Assembly: GCF_988243305.1 (NCBI RefSeq)
Contig: NZ_OZ547136.1
Strand: one strand, 5' to 3'
DNA length: 64,000 nucleotides
Under the pieces are notes generated by a model. It did no database searches and was not told the origin of the DNA. It saw only the letters and a program-made list of their open reading frames with translations. The position numbers and the translations under genes are program-made. Below, one piece after another: positions 43,598 through 54,175 of the stretch; the stretch's first letter is position 1, and the number at the start of each line of letters is the position of its first letter.

Positions 43598-45098
43598 TAA
43601 CAGCGCAGCTATCGTTATCGATATTGGCACCACCAATTGCAAAGTCACCTGCTTTTCCTGCCTGGACGCAACGACGTTGGGCGCGCATAAATTCGTGACG
43701 GCAAAACAGATCTCCCCACAGGGCAATGTCGATTTCGATATCGACGCCCTCTGGCAGGAGGTCCGCCAGGCGATAGCGCAACTGAACGCCGCTTCGCCGC
43801 TGCCAGTCAGGCGGATAAGCATTGCCAGTTTTGGCGAGTCAGGCGTGTTCCTTGACGAGCATGGCGAGATCCTGACGCCAATGCTGGCATGGTATGACCG
43901 TCGCGGTGAAGAGTATCTGGCTACACTTAGCGAGGCAGACAGTGCGGCACTTTATGACATTTGCGGGTTACCGCTGCACAGCAATTACTCTGCCTTCAAA
44001 ATGCGTTGGTTGCTGGAACATTACCCACTGCGTAATCGCCGCGGCCTGCGTTGGCTACATGCGCCGGAAGTACTGCTCTGGCGGCTGACCGGCGAACAGC
44101 GCACGGATATCACCTTAGCCAGCCGCACGCTGTGTCTTGACGTGCGCAAAGGCGAATGGTCAGCGAAAGCGGCGGCGTTGTTACACGTTCCCTGTTCAGC
44201 ATTTGCGCCATTGGTGCAGCCAGGCGAACACGCCGGATGGGTCAGCGAGTCGCTCTGCAAAATGCTTGGGTTCTCGCAACCGGTCAGCGTGACGCTGGCC
44301 GGACATGACCATATGGTGGGTGCGCGAGCGTTGCAGATGATGCCGGGCGATATCCTTAACTCGACGGGGACCACAGAAGGCATTCTGCAACTGGATACAC
44401 AACCGACGCTGGATGAACAGGCCAAACGTGACAAGCTGGCAAACGGCTGTTATTCGCTTGCAAACCAGTTCACCCTGTTTGCGTCGCTGCCCGTGGGCGG
44501 TTTCGCTCTGGAGTGGCTGCGTAACACGTTCCGGCTAACCGATGAGGAGATCGCCGCATCACTTACTCGCGGACATGCGGATTACCTGGCGGGGAACTGG
44601 TCGCTCGATGACATTCCCCTCTTTATTCCACATCTTCGCGGTTCGGGTTCGCCCTATAAAAATCGCCATACTCGTGGATTATTTTATGGGCTTGGCGATA
44701 CGTTAAATATCGACATGTTAATTGCCAGCGTCTCACTGGGATTAACCATGGAATTTGCCAACTGCTTCGCCTGTTTTAATGTGCCTGGCACCAGCGCGTT
44801 AAAAGTGATAGGTCCGGCAACCCAAAATCCCCTTTGGCTGCAATTAAAAGCGGATATTTTACAGCGTCCGGTTGAAGCAATTGCATTTAACGAGGCGGTT
44901 TCTGTCGGAGCATTATTAACTGCCGCACCGGATATTCCACCGCCGCAAGTTACCATAGCCCAACGTTTGTTACCGAATCGGGCGAGATACCATCAATTAC
45001 AGCGTTATCAGCACAAATGGAAAAGCTGGTATCAGTTGAAATTACAACAAGAAGGCGTGATGCCATTACATCATCGGGAGGAACACTATGTTGAATAA
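43590..45098 (+). CDS. FGGY-family carbohydrate kinase
   Basis: 502 aa; N-terminal VIDIGTTNCKV is an FGGY/actin-fold ATPase motif; overlaps IIC and the HPr-like gene. Confidence 0.75.
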   Translation: MPDNSAAIVIDIGTTNCKVTCFSCLDATTLGAHKFVTAKQISPQGNVDFDIDALWQEVRQAIAQLNAASPLPVRRISIASFGESGVFLDEHGEILTPMLAWYDRRGEEYLATLSEADSAALYDICGLPLHSNYSAFKMRWLLEHYPLRNRRGLRWLHAPEVLLWRLTGEQRTDITLASRTLCLDVRKGEWSAKAAALLHVPCSAFAPLVQPGEHAGWVSESLCKMLGFSQPVSVTLAGHDHMVGARALQMMPGDILNSTGTTEGILQLDTQPTLDEQAKRDKLANGCYSLANQFTLFASLPVGGFALEWLRNTFRLTDEEIAASLTRGHADYLAGNWSLDDIPLFIPHLRGSGSPYKNRHTRGLFYGLGDTLNIDMLIASVSLGLTMEFANCFACFNVPGTSALKVIGPATQNPLWLQLKADILQRPVEAIAFNEAVSVGALLTAAPDIPPPQVTIAQRLLPNRARYHQLQRYQHKWKSWYQLKLQQEGVMPLHHREEHYVE

Positions 45099-45357
45099 AA
45101 CCGTGGAGGTCAGAAACAGTACTGGCCTGCATGCACGTCCGGCGGCCTGTCTGGCGAAAGCCGCCAAAAAATATAGCTGTAAAGTGACGCTGCACTATGA
45201 GGGTAATGATATTAATGCCACCAGCATGATGAATATTATGCGCGCCGGAATAAAAGGCGGAAAAACGGTGGAAATACGCTGCGACGGTGATGATGAAAAC
45301 GAGGCCATACAGACTCTCACCGACTTATTTCGCGACCGCTTCGGTGAAGCTGAATAA
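45088..45357 (+). CDS. HPr-family phosphocarrier protein
   Basis: 89 aa; GLHARPAA contains the conserved active-site His; preceded by GGGAGGA. Confidence 0.8.
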   Translation: MLNKTVEVRNSTGLHARPAACLAKAAKKYSCKVTLHYEGNDINATSMMNIMRAGIKGGKTVEIRCDGDDENEAIQTLTDLFRDRFGEAE

Positions 45358-45388
45358 TTAACTGATATTAAAAGATGAGGTTTTCAAT

Positions 45389-46249
45389 ATGCCATTAGTT
45401 AATGGACGGATACTGCTCGACCGCATTCAGGAAAAACGGGTATTAGCGGGCGCGTTTAATACCACCAATCTGGAGACGACGATTTCAATTTTAAACGCCA
45501 TTGAGCGTTCAGGATTACCCAACTTCATTCAGATTGCGCCCACCAATGCACAACTCTCGGGATACGATTACATTTATGAAATCGTGAAACGTCACGCCGA
45601 TAAAATGGATGTTCCGGTCAGTCTTCATCTGGATCACGGGAAAACTCAGGAGGATGTTAAACAGGCGGTGCGCGCGGGCTTTACCTCGGTCATGATTGAC
45701 GGTGCCGCATTATCTTTTGAAGAGAATATCGCTTTCACCCAGGAAGCTGTCGATTTCTGTAAATCCTATGGCGTACCGGTTGAAGCGGAGCTGGGGGCGA
45801 TTCTCGGCAAAGAAGATGATCACGTCAGCGAAGCCGATTGCAAAACGGAACCGGAAAAGGTGAAGACCTTTGTCGAGCGCACCGGTTGCGACATGCTGGC
45901 AGTTTCTATTGGCAACGTTCATGGCCTGGACGATATACCGCGTATCGATATCCCCCTGCTGAAGCGCATTGCCGAAGTCTGCCCGGTGCCGCTGGTTATT
46001 CACGGCGGCTCCGGTATCGCCCCGGAAATATTACGCAGCTTTGTTAATTATCGCGTCGCTAAAGTAAATATCGCCAGCGATCTGCGCAAAGCGTTTATCA
46101 CCGCCGTCGGCAAAGCGTATGTGAATAATCACAACGAGGCGAATCTGGCACGAGTGATGGCATCAGCAAAAAACGCCGTCGAGGAAGATGTGTATAGCAA
46201 AATCCTGATGATGAATGAGGGGCATCGGTTGATTAGAAAGGCATCTTAA
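45389..46249 (+). CDS. Class II ketose-bisphosphate aldolase (tagatose/fructose-bisphosphate aldolase family)
   Basis: 286 aa; LHLDHG and VIHGGSG motifs typical of class II aldolases such as GatY/KbaY/FbaA. Confidence 0.8.
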   Translation: MPLVNGRILLDRIQEKRVLAGAFNTTNLETTISILNAIERSGLPNFIQIAPTNAQLSGYDYIYEIVKRHADKMDVPVSLHLDHGKTQEDVKQAVRAGFTSVMIDGAALSFEENIAFTQEAVDFCKSYGVPVEAELGAILGKEDDHVSEADCKTEPEKVKTFVERTGCDMLAVSIGNVHGLDDIPRIDIPLLKRIAEVCPVPLVIHGGSGIAPEILRSFVNYRVAKVNIASDLRKAFITAVGKAYVNNHNEANLARVMASAKNAVEEDVYSKILMMNEGHRLIRKAS

Positions 46250-46262
46250 GAGCCACAAAAAT

Positions 46263-46297
46263 ATAGCGGCGCAACAGAAATTGTTGGGCCGCTATAA
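46263..46297. terminator. Strong hairpin between convergent aldolase and hicB-like genes
   Basis: ATAGCGGCGCAACA-gaaa-TTGTTGGGCCGCTAT inverted repeat; A/T-rich flanks on both sides. Confidence 0.35.
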
Positions 46298-46298
46298 G

Positions 46299-46658
46299 TT
46301 ATAAATGATTCAAACGCTCATTCAGTGTTTCAATAATATAGGTATTTACAGAGACTTGTTGCTGCGCAGCCGCATTATTAAGGCGTTCACTCAGCGATTC
46401 TGGATAGCGTAATGTAAAGGTCTTAATCTTTTCTGTACGCGCATACGGCTCAATACCCGCAGCTTTACAATCCTCAAGATACTCTCGCAGGGAAAGCTCC
46501 CCTTCTTTTTGCAGCCCCTGAATGCTGTCAGAGACAAAATCACAATAACCTGACAAGCCCAGGAATTTGCCACGAAATGCATTCAGTTCTGGCACGTAAG
46601 TGATAACTGCAGGTTGCCCGGCAATCTCCATAGAGTTTGGTGTCTTCAGTTTGATCAT
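46299..46658 (-). CDS. hicB: HicB-family antitoxin (UPF0150 domain plus C-terminal ribbon-helix-helix)
   Basis: 119 aa; C-terminus TFTLRYPESLSERLNNAAAQQQVSVNTYIIETLNERL is RHH-like; 4-bp overlap with the upstream toxin gene. Confidence 0.7.
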   Translation of the reverse strand: MIKLKTPNSMEIAGQPAVITYVPELNAFRGKFLGLSGYCDFVSDSIQGLQKEGELSLREYLEDCKAAGIEPYARTEKIKTFTLRYPESLSERLNNAAAQQQVSVNTYIIETLNERLNHL

Positions 46659-46930
46659 GGTTTTACCCCTATACTTAGTAACCAGTCACGCACGCTTTCT
46701 ACAGCGCCTTTATCGGTATCTGGCGACGGATGAGGCCGATGGAAACACGCAACGCTCATATTTAGTATGAACTTACAACGCGAACCTCTTCCTTCCTTAA
46801 TTTCTCCGCCTAATGCTTTAACCAGTGACTCTATATCAGACCACTTAATCCCTTGAGGAACAGGAGATTTAAATATTTGATCCAATGTATTTTTTTGTTT
46901 CTTCCGTAAAGCCTGTACCTGGGTTCTCAT
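46655..46930 (-). CDS. hicA: HicA-family (YcfA-like) toxin
   Basis: 91 aa; LVKALGGEIKEGRGSRCKF...FHRPHP...VRDWLLSIGV fits the HicA pattern; lies upstream of the antitoxin gene as in hicAB. Confidence 0.6.
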   Translation of the reverse strand: MRTQVQALRKKQKNTLDQIFKSPVPQGIKWSDIESLVKALGGEIKEGRGSRCKFILNMSVACFHRPHPSPDTDKGAVESVRDWLLSIGVKP

Positions 46931-46940
46931 GGCATGTCCT

Positions 46941-46990
46941 TATGACTTCACTTTATGACATCAATAGTATGACATCACAATATGAAGTCA
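46941..46990 (-). promoter_or_regulatory. Candidate hicAB promoter/operator with reiterated TATGAC(A/T)TCA motifs
   Basis: TATGACTTCA, TATGACATCA, GTATGACATCA and TATGAAGTCA (the last is the reverse complement of the first) within 50 bp upstream of hicA. Confidence 0.4.
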
Positions 46991-47002
46991 AGTTTCCCTT
47001 CC

Positions 47003-48127
47003 TTACGCCATTGTCCCAATCGTCTTCCTGAATCGCAGCAGTGCGATGGTGAAAAATGCGCCGCCAATTGCCATCAGCGTCAGGAACTGCGGCCAGACGA
47101 TTTCGAATCCGGCACCACGGTAGAGAATGGCCTGCGCAAGGCTAACAAAGTGTGTCGTCGGCATGGTCAACATAATGTCCTGCACCGTCTGCGGCATACT
47201 TTCGCGCGGCGTGGATCCACCGGAAAGCATTTGCAGCGGTAGCAGCACCAGAATCACCAGCAGCCCCAGTTGCGGCATTGAACGCGCTATCGTCCCCATA
47301 AAAATGCCGATTGACGTGGTGGCAAACAGACTGAGCGCCACGCCCAGCATAAACAGCGGGATCGAGCCTTCAATCGGTACGCCCAGCACGCCTTTCACCA
47401 TCAGTACCAGCGATAATCCCGACACCATCAGCACCACCAGCCCCATCGACCAGACCTTCGCCATCATGATCTCAAACGGCGTTATCGGCATCACCAATAA
47501 GTGTTCCACCGTGCCGTGTTCACGCTCGCGGATCAGCGCCGATCCGGTCAATACAATCGCCAGCATGGTAATGTTGTTGATGATCGCCATCACCCCACCG
47601 AACCACGCGGGATCAAGGTTCGGGTTAAAGCGCATCCGGGTTTCCAGCGATACCAACGGTTCGCTGTTATCACGGTAGCGCGCGACAAAGCTGTTCACTT
47701 CACCGTTGATAATATTCTGGATATACCCATTGCCGGTAAATGCCTGGCTCATGCGCGTGGCATCGACGTTCACCTGAATATCTGGCTGGCGTCCGGCGAG
47801 GACATCACGCTGAAAATTAGGCGGAATATTTATCGCGAAGGTATAGCATCCGGCGTCCAGCCCGGCATCCATCTCATCGGCGGTGATCATCTCCGGTGGC
47901 AAAAACCACGGGCGATAGAAGCTGTTAACGATCCTGTTCGATAACTGCGATTGATCCATATCGGCAATGGCGATCGGCGCGAGGTTCAACGATCCTGGCG
48001 TAACGGTCGCTGACGAATACACCGACACCGTAAACGAGAAGACAATCAGCGTCAGCATCGCTTTATCACCGAGCAAACTGCGCAACTCTTTGATACCCAG
48101 ATTAAAAATATTGCGTAAATGGCGCAT
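47003..48127 (-). CDS. yhhJ: ABC-2-type efflux permease
   Basis: Start placed at [20 protein letters not shown] (374 aa); ATGA overlap with the rbbA stop. Confidence 0.9.
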   Translation of the reverse strand: MRHLRNIFNLGIKELRSLLGDKAMLTLIVFSFTVSVYSSATVTPGSLNLAPIAIADMDQSQLSNRIVNSFYRPWFLPPEMITADEMDAGLDAGCYTFAINIPPNFQRDVLAGRQPDIQVNVDATRMSQAFTGNGYIQNIINGEVNSFVARYRDNSEPLVSLETRMRFNPNLDPAWFGGVMAIINNITMLAIVLTGSALIREREHGTVEHLLVMPITPFEIMMAKVWSMGLVVLMVSGLSLVLMVKGVLGVPIEGSIPLFMLGVALSLFATTSIGIFMGTIARSMPQLGLLVILVLLPLQMLSGGSTPRESMPQTVQDIMLTMPTTHFVSLAQAILYRGAGFEIVWPQFLTLMAIGGAFFTIALLRFRKTIGTMA

Positions 48128-50862
48128 CATCCCTCCTGTTTTTTCAGCAGCAGGATGCTTAAGCCCATCACCAGCGGGATGGCTATCAGCAACGGGATAA
48201 AAAGTTGCCACAAATCAGTCAAATCCAGCGCCTTCGAGAACGTCCCGCGGGCAATAGTCAGAAAATGACTGGTCGGGTAAACCTCGCCGATCCAGCGTCC
48301 TGGACCTTCCAGCGAAGCTACCGGATCAATCATCCCGGAAAACTGTGTCGCCGGGATCAACGTGATAATCGCCGTACCGAAAATAGCGGCAATCTGGCTT
48401 TTCATAAAGGTGGAGATCAGCAGCCCCATTCCGGTGGCGATGATGATATACAGCAGCGCCGCCAGGGTGAGCGTCAGGAAACTGCCTTTATGCGGTACGC
48501 CAAACACAAACACCGACAGGCCGCAGAGCAGGAAAAAGTTCAGCATCCCCAGCGCGATGTATGGCAACTGTTTACCAAGCAAAAATTCGCTACGGGTGGT
48601 GGGGGTCACGTAAAGGTTGATAATCGACCCTAGCTCTTTTTCCCGCACCACGCTAAGGGCGCTTAGCATTGACGGGATCATCATCAGCAGAAGCGGGATC
48701 ACCGCCGGAACAATCGCTGGCAGGCTTTTTACGTCCGGGTTATAGCGATAGCGCGTCTCAATGTTCATCAGCCCGCTTTGGCTGGAGGGTGTGGATTGTC
48801 GGCTCGCCACATCCTGTAGCCAGCTCTGGTGCATAGCCTGCACGTAACCTTTTACCGTTTCGGCACGACTGGGCATCGCACCGTCGATCCAGACACCGAG
48901 TTCCACGGGCGTACCACGCGCGATATCGCGCCCGAAATTGGGCGGGATCTCAATCGCCACCGTGATATCGCCCGCACGCATCCGACGATCAAGCTCGTCA
49001 TAACTGGTGAGCGGCGGCTGTTCGATAAAGTAACGGGAACCGGAGAGATTGAGCGTCCACGCCTGGCTACTGACGGTCTGGTCGCGGTCGAGCACCGCAA
49101 AGCGCAGGTTTTCCACATCCATACTGATGCCGTAACCCATTATCAGCATCAGGATCACCGTTCCCATCAGCGCCAGCGTCGAACGTACCGGATCGCGTCG
49201 CAGCTCCAGTGCTTCGCGGCGGCTGTAGCTAAACAGACGGCGCAGGCTAAATCCCTGACGCGGCGCGTGGGTGGTGTCGTGTATCACGGGCGGCGCTTCG
49301 GCTTCGTTGCTCTGCCCTGCCGCTTCCTGCAAATAGGCGATAAATGCCTCTTCCAGACTGGCGGCTCCGCGTTTTTCAACCAGCTCCTGCGGTGTACCGC
49401 TGGCAAGCACTTTTCCGGCGTGCATCAGGGAGATGCGGTCGCAACGTTCCGCTTCGTTCATAAAGTGGGTGGAGATGAAGATAGTCACTTTGTCCTGACG
49501 CGAGAGATCGACCATCAACTGCCAGAACATATCCCTCGCCACCGGATCAACACCAGAAGTAGGCTCATCGAGGATTAACATCTCCGGGCGATGAATCACC
49601 GCCACCGCCAGCGAAAGCCGCTGGCGAATGCCGAGCGGTAATGACTCCGGCAGAACATCTTCAACGTCGTTGAGCTTAAAACGCTCGCTCATTTCAGCCA
49701 CTCGCGCGGGAATTTCCGCTTCCGGGATGTGAAACAAACGGGCATGTAACTCCAGGTTTTGCCGCACGGTGAGCTCGTTATAGAGCGAAAACGCCTGCGA
49801 CATATAGCCTACCCGACGGCGAGTATCGATATCTTTTGGATCAACCGGTTGCCCGAACAACCACGCCTCACCTTCGCTGGCGGGCAACAATCCGGTAAGC
49901 ATTTTCATGGTGGTGGATTTACCGCAGCCGTTCGAACCAAGAAAACCAAAAATCTCCCCGCGTGGAATGCGGAAATTGACGTGATCAACGGCAACGAAGG
50001 AACCAAAACGCATGGTCAGATCGCGCGCTTCGATGGCAATCTCTGCGTTTTCCGGTTGATATGGTGGGATCACTACCGCCTGATGCGCCTGGCGTTGCGC
50101 TTGCGGTAACAGATTTATAAACGCCTCTTCCAGCGTCGCACTTTGCGTTTGCTGCCGCAGCTCTTCGGCGCTGCCGGTTGCCAGCACTTCTCCGGCATTC
50201 ATCGCTACCAGCCAGTCGAAGCGTTCGGCCTCTTCCATATAGGCGGTGGCGACCAGCACGCTCATATTGCTCTGCCGCTGGCGAATACTGTCGATCAGAT
50301 CCCAGAACTGGGCACGGGAGAGCGGGTCAACCCCCGTTGTTGGCTCATCAAGAATCAACAGTTCCGGGTCGTGGATTAACGCACAGCACAGCCCAAGTTT
50401 TTGCTTCATCCCGCCGGAGAGCTTCCCCGCAGGACGATCGCGAAACGGTGCTAACCCGGTGCTGGTCAGCAGCTCATTGATTCGGACTTCCCGCTCCGCT
50501 TTGTCGTGACCGAACAAGCGGGCGAAAAAATCGACGTTTTCATACACCGATAAGGTGTGGTAGAGGTTTTTGCCCAGCCCTTGCGGCATCCAGGCGATGC
50601 GCGGGCAGACGTCGCGGCGATGCTTCGGGTCGCGCATATCGCCGCCCAGCACTATCACATTGCCCTGCTCAATGACACGGGCACCGGAAATCAACGACAA
50701 CAAACTCGACTTACCGACGCCGTCCGGGCCAATCAGCCCGACCATGCAGCGTGCCGGAATATCGAGAGTGATATTGTTCAGCGCAACGGTTTTTCCATAA
50801 TGCTGGCTCACGCCCGCCAGTTGCGCGACAGGCGGGACGGGAACCAGTTCCAGATGCGTCAT
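48127..50862 (-). CDS. rbbA: Ribosome-associated ATPase: fused tandem ABC ATPase domains plus a permease domain
   Basis: 911 aa; two Walker A motifs ([18 protein letters not shown]) and C-terminal TM segments. Confidence 0.93.
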   Translation of the reverse strand: MTHLELVPVPPVAQLAGVSQHYGKTVALNNITLDIPARCMVGLIGPDGVGKSSLLSLISGARVIEQGNVIVLGGDMRDPKHRRDVCPRIAWMPQGLGKNLYHTLSVYENVDFFARLFGHDKAEREVRINELLTSTGLAPFRDRPAGKLSGGMKQKLGLCCALIHDPELLILDEPTTGVDPLSRAQFWDLIDSIRQRQSNMSVLVATAYMEEAERFDWLVAMNAGEVLATGSAEELRQQTQSATLEEAFINLLPQAQRQAHQAVVIPPYQPENAEIAIEARDLTMRFGSFVAVDHVNFRIPRGEIFGFLGSNGCGKSTTMKMLTGLLPASEGEAWLFGQPVDPKDIDTRRRVGYMSQAFSLYNELTVRQNLELHARLFHIPEAEIPARVAEMSERFKLNDVEDVLPESLPLGIRQRLSLAVAVIHRPEMLILDEPTSGVDPVARDMFWQLMVDLSRQDKVTIFISTHFMNEAERCDRISLMHAGKVLASGTPQELVEKRGAASLEEAFIAYLQEAAGQSNEAEAPPVIHDTTHAPRQGFSLRRLFSYSRREALELRRDPVRSTLALMGTVILMLIMGYGISMDVENLRFAVLDRDQTVSSQAWTLNLSGSRYFIEQPPLTSYDELDRRMRAGDITVAIEIPPNFGRDIARGTPVELGVWIDGAMPSRAETVKGYVQAMHQSWLQDVASRQSTPSSQSGLMNIETRYRYNPDVKSLPAIVPAVIPLLLMMIPSMLSALSVVREKELGSIINLYVTPTTRSEFLLGKQLPYIALGMLNFFLLCGLSVFVFGVPHKGSFLTLTLAALLYIIIATGMGLLISTFMKSQIAAIFGTAIITLIPATQFSGMIDPVASLEGPGRWIGEVYPTSHFLTIARGTFSKALDLTDLWQLFIPLLIAIPLVMGLSILLLKKQEG

Positions 50863-51926
50863 TGCGGCAACCTCACCACCAGGTCTTCAGGCCACGGACG
50901 TTCTTCGTTCACCCGCACCCACGCCACGCCCGGCAAACCCGTTTTGACATATTCCAGATGCTGCTGGAGTAATTCCGGTGGGATACGCGCTTTGACGCGG
51001 AACATCAGTTTCAGCCGCTCATCGCTGGTTTCGACGGTTTTTGGCGTGAACTGGGCGACGCTGGCGACAAAACTGATGGTTGCAGGAATACGCAGATCTG
51101 GCGCGGCATCGAGGATCAGCCGGGCTTCACCGCCCAGTTTCAGCGTGCCCGCCTGTTCGGTTGGCAGGAAGAAGGTCATATAGACGTCGCTGAGATCGAC
51201 CATATTCAGCACCCGACCGCCTGCCGCCAGCACTTCCCCTGGCTCGGCAACCCGATACTGCACGCGTCCGTCACGCGGGGCTTTCAGTTCGCTGTCATCG
51301 ATATCTGCGGCAATGCGCCGTTCAGTGGCTTGCGCGGCTTCGACGCGAGTTTGCGCCTGAATGATATTGGTGCGTGCCGCTTCTATAGCGGCTTTAGAAG
51401 CCGAAACCTGGGCTTTTGCCGATTCCAGCGCAGCTCGGGCGCTCTCAGCGGCGGCGCGGTCGTCATCCAGCTGTTGCGCAGAAATAGCCCCTCGTTGGGC
51501 GAGCGAGCGGGAACGCGTATGACGTTTGGCAACGGAGTCCAGTTCGGCCTGGCGTTGATTAACCAGCGACTGTGCGGCGCGAGTTTCGCTTTGCCGTTGC
51601 TCCAGCAAAGCCTGCGCGGCGGCAACGGCGCTTTGTGCCTCTTTGATTTGCGCGATGGCTTCCAGTCGCTGTTCCTGCAACACGCGAGTATCCATCTTCG
51701 CCAGCACTTCACCTTCGCGAACAAACTGGCCTTCTTTCACCAGAATGGTGTCGATACGCCCGGCAATTTTGCTGGCGATATCGACTTCCGTCGCTTCAAT
51801 GCGCCCATTGCTGACGGCAAAGCCTTCCGGCACACCTGCCGGGCGCAACAGCCACCACGCCACGATAGCAGCCACCGCCAGTAACCCGACAACCCACCAC
51901 GCCAGATGGCGCTTACTCTTATCCAT
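50859..51926 (-). CDS. yhiI: HlyD-family membrane fusion protein
   Basis: 355 aa; N-terminal TM anchor, coiled coil and beta-barrel regions; 4-bp overlap with rbbA. Confidence 0.9.
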   Translation of the reverse strand: MDKSKRHLAWWVVGLLAVAAIVAWWLLRPAGVPEGFAVSNGRIEATEVDIASKIAGRIDTILVKEGQFVREGEVLAKMDTRVLQEQRLEAIAQIKEAQSAVAAAQALLEQRQSETRAAQSLVNQRQAELDSVAKRHTRSRSLAQRGAISAQQLDDDRAAAESARAALESAKAQVSASKAAIEAARTNIIQAQTRVEAAQATERRIAADIDDSELKAPRDGRVQYRVAEPGEVLAAGGRVLNMVDLSDVYMTFFLPTEQAGTLKLGGEARLILDAAPDLRIPATISFVASVAQFTPKTVETSDERLKLMFRVKARIPPELLQQHLEYVKTGLPGVAWVRVNEERPWPEDLVVRLPQ

Positions 51927-52291
51927 AATCGACCCGCCATAATCCCTGTAAGCAAACGACGCGTGTTACAACTGCCGCCGAACGACGTTCAGCGGATTCT
52001 TCCATCCGGGATAAGAAGGAAACGGCAAATACGACCAGCGCGCAGAGCATTGAGCGCCAACGTGGAAGGCTTAGTGAAAACGGGTAGTAATGTTGTCATC
52101 ATCAGCATTCCTGGCCGTAAATGAAACACGCATACTCATAAGTGTGATCTATAAAACTGGCTGACAAAACGGTATCCATCCTGTTGGATAGCGTTTCACG
52201 CCTGTTCAGTTGCAGGAACAGAGCATTCCTTATTACGTTTTATCAACAGTCTCAACCAGATAGTAACATTAATATTCATGTTGTCTATGGT

Positions 52292-53914
52292 TCAGAGCTG
52301 TAACATTGTGCGCCTTCTAATCAAAGGCATAAGTCCATTTCTGTTTTTTTCATGCTGGTAAGACTTCCAGGGAGTGGTTATCTCAGGCCCTGCACCAGGG
52401 TTAATTTGGCAATTATGCATGCTGAACATTCTTCCAGCATGTTTACTGTCACGGGCGTTAAGACCTAAAACTGTCCCCGTTTCACCTATGCGTTCTCTTC
52501 CACCATTACCGTTATGTGCAACAACTTGATTTATACCTAACATTTGTGAGCATGCTAATAGTTCTTCAAGTTTCGGTCTGTAATCTGTCGAAACAGAAAA
52601 ATAACGATTAAAGGATCGACAAGAGATAGCCCGGCTAGTTTTAAACTTTTTACCATTAATTATAGTATGATGCTTTTTATTAATAATTGCCGCTAATTCG
52701 ACCGGATCGAGAGCATTGGCCATTTCATCAATAGAGACTGTTATCGGTCCTATAATGTAACGTTTTCGCTGATCATCAAAAGTTATCCCATGATGATTTG
52801 CCATTATTTTGTATTTGGGGTCATAGAAACATACAGGATAATCTTTTATCCCAGCGTAGGTATCCTCATCAAGTGGTTTCATACGCGTGAAGTTCTGCAT
52901 ATAGTTACCATTGCAATTCGTTTCATGATTACCAGCTAATACATGAACATTTTTATTAATACTCATTATGCGTTTTAACAAATCGATGATAAATTGATCG
53001 CCACAGATATTACTAAATCGATCGCCGGTTTGGTCACCCAGAAACGTACATGGCGTCACAGCGTCTTTATTAATAACTAAATAAGGCTGAAGACTTTCTA
53101 AAACTATATCTCTTCTGTTCAGAATACTGATTATTGTATTAACATTAGTGTCAAGTTGCTCATTAAAGTTCTCCCTTAGCAATACGTTGAGAACTTCATC
53201 TTCTATATTAAGCAACTGGCTAAGGAAATTTTCCCCTTCAGCCATGATTCCCAAATATCCCGTTGCGAAAAGCGCGTATAAAACTGCACCAACTGAGCCA
53301 TCGGTATCGCCAAAATAGGTTGGTCTGGTACTTGTGGGATCAACAGGTGAACAATTGGAGAAATAGATTCTGTCAGCGAACTGGGGTTTTATCATTGTTT
53401 CGAATTTAATATCAGATACATTGTATTGCGATATTTTCCAGTTCCAGATGGGTTTGTACGACTCAGTAACTGCAACATCATTAGCATTATCATTTACTGT
53501 CATATTATTAAGTAAATAAACAATGCTGCACCAATTAATATCGGTATCATCAAGAGGGCAACCGTAATTTTTACTATTAATTGTCACAATAAACTGATAA
53601 CTATTATTCCTACGTAGAATATGGGCACGCATGCCCGATAGCATACTATATTTTTCTGAATGATTCGTTTCTATGGTAAATGAAATTTTGTCATCTTGAA
53701 AAGATTGTTGGAAACGTTCTATTTGCCAATCATCAATTTTTTCCACAACTTCACCGAGCATTGTCCTGGCAATACTTGATATATCATCACCTATACCATT
53801 TGCAATATACCCAAACAGTTCTTTAGTGAAGTTAGTAACATGCTCTTGCACCATATCATTTGTTGCGATAGTCGTTATACTGTCGTTAGTACCTGCCACA
53901 GTTCCAATTTTCAT
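52292..53914 (-). CDS. yhiJ: DUF4049-type protein with metallophosphoesterase-like motifs
   Basis: 540 aa; AT-rich; contains YFGDTDGSVG, FLGDQTGDRF and, 29 aa later, LAGNHETN, then HHG; recognisable as E. coli YhiJ. Confidence 0.85.
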   Translation of the reverse strand: MKIGTVAGTNDSITTIATNDMVQEHVTNFTKELFGYIANGIGDDISSIARTMLGEVVEKIDDWQIERFQQSFQDDKISFTIETNHSEKYSMLSGMRAHILRRNNSYQFIVTINSKNYGCPLDDTDINWCSIVYLLNNMTVNDNANDVAVTESYKPIWNWKISQYNVSDIKFETMIKPQFADRIYFSNCSPVDPTSTRPTYFGDTDGSVGAVLYALFATGYLGIMAEGENFLSQLLNIEDEVLNVLLRENFNEQLDTNVNTIISILNRRDIVLESLQPYLVINKDAVTPCTFLGDQTGDRFSNICGDQFIIDLLKRIMSINKNVHVLAGNHETNCNGNYMQNFTRMKPLDEDTYAGIKDYPVCFYDPKYKIMANHHGITFDDQRKRYIIGPITVSIDEMANALDPVELAAIINKKHHTIINGKKFKTSRAISCRSFNRYFSVSTDYRPKLEELLACSQMLGINQVVAHNGNGGRERIGETGTVLGLNARDSKHAGRMFSMHNCQINPGAGPEITTPWKSYQHEKNRNGLMPLIRRRTMLQL

Positions 53915-54175
53915 CTTTTACCTCATATAATTCACCGCGAGGAATACATAGTTATCATTTAATCTTATGACAAACACCTCATGTTCGATGGAAAAATAAT
54001 TATATTTTGCACAAATCATTCAGCCTTAAAGCATAATATGAAATTTCTTATCTCATAGTAGAGAAAGTCCCTAAAGATTGTAGAGGCGTCATCAGAACAT
54101 GCCTCTACAATCGATTAAGAAAAACTATGAAATACTGGCAGGATTAAAAAGATATACCACCGTATTCATGGAGTT

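Noticed and set aside
40442-47002. Expected rhsB/yhhH/yhhI (Rhs element and transposase-like gene) from K-12 synteny
   Set aside because: No Rhs-like large ORF, YD-repeat sequence or transposase ORF is present; the interval holds the PTS sugar island and the hicAB-like pair instead.
47127-47944. Plus-strand ORFs of 183 and 147 aa
   Set aside because: Antisense within yhhJ.
48205-50509. Multiple plus-strand ORFs of 78-249 aa
   Set aside because: All antisense within rbbA, whose translation has two clear ABC ATPase domains.
51330-51884. 184-aa plus-strand ORF
   Set aside because: Antisense within yhiI.
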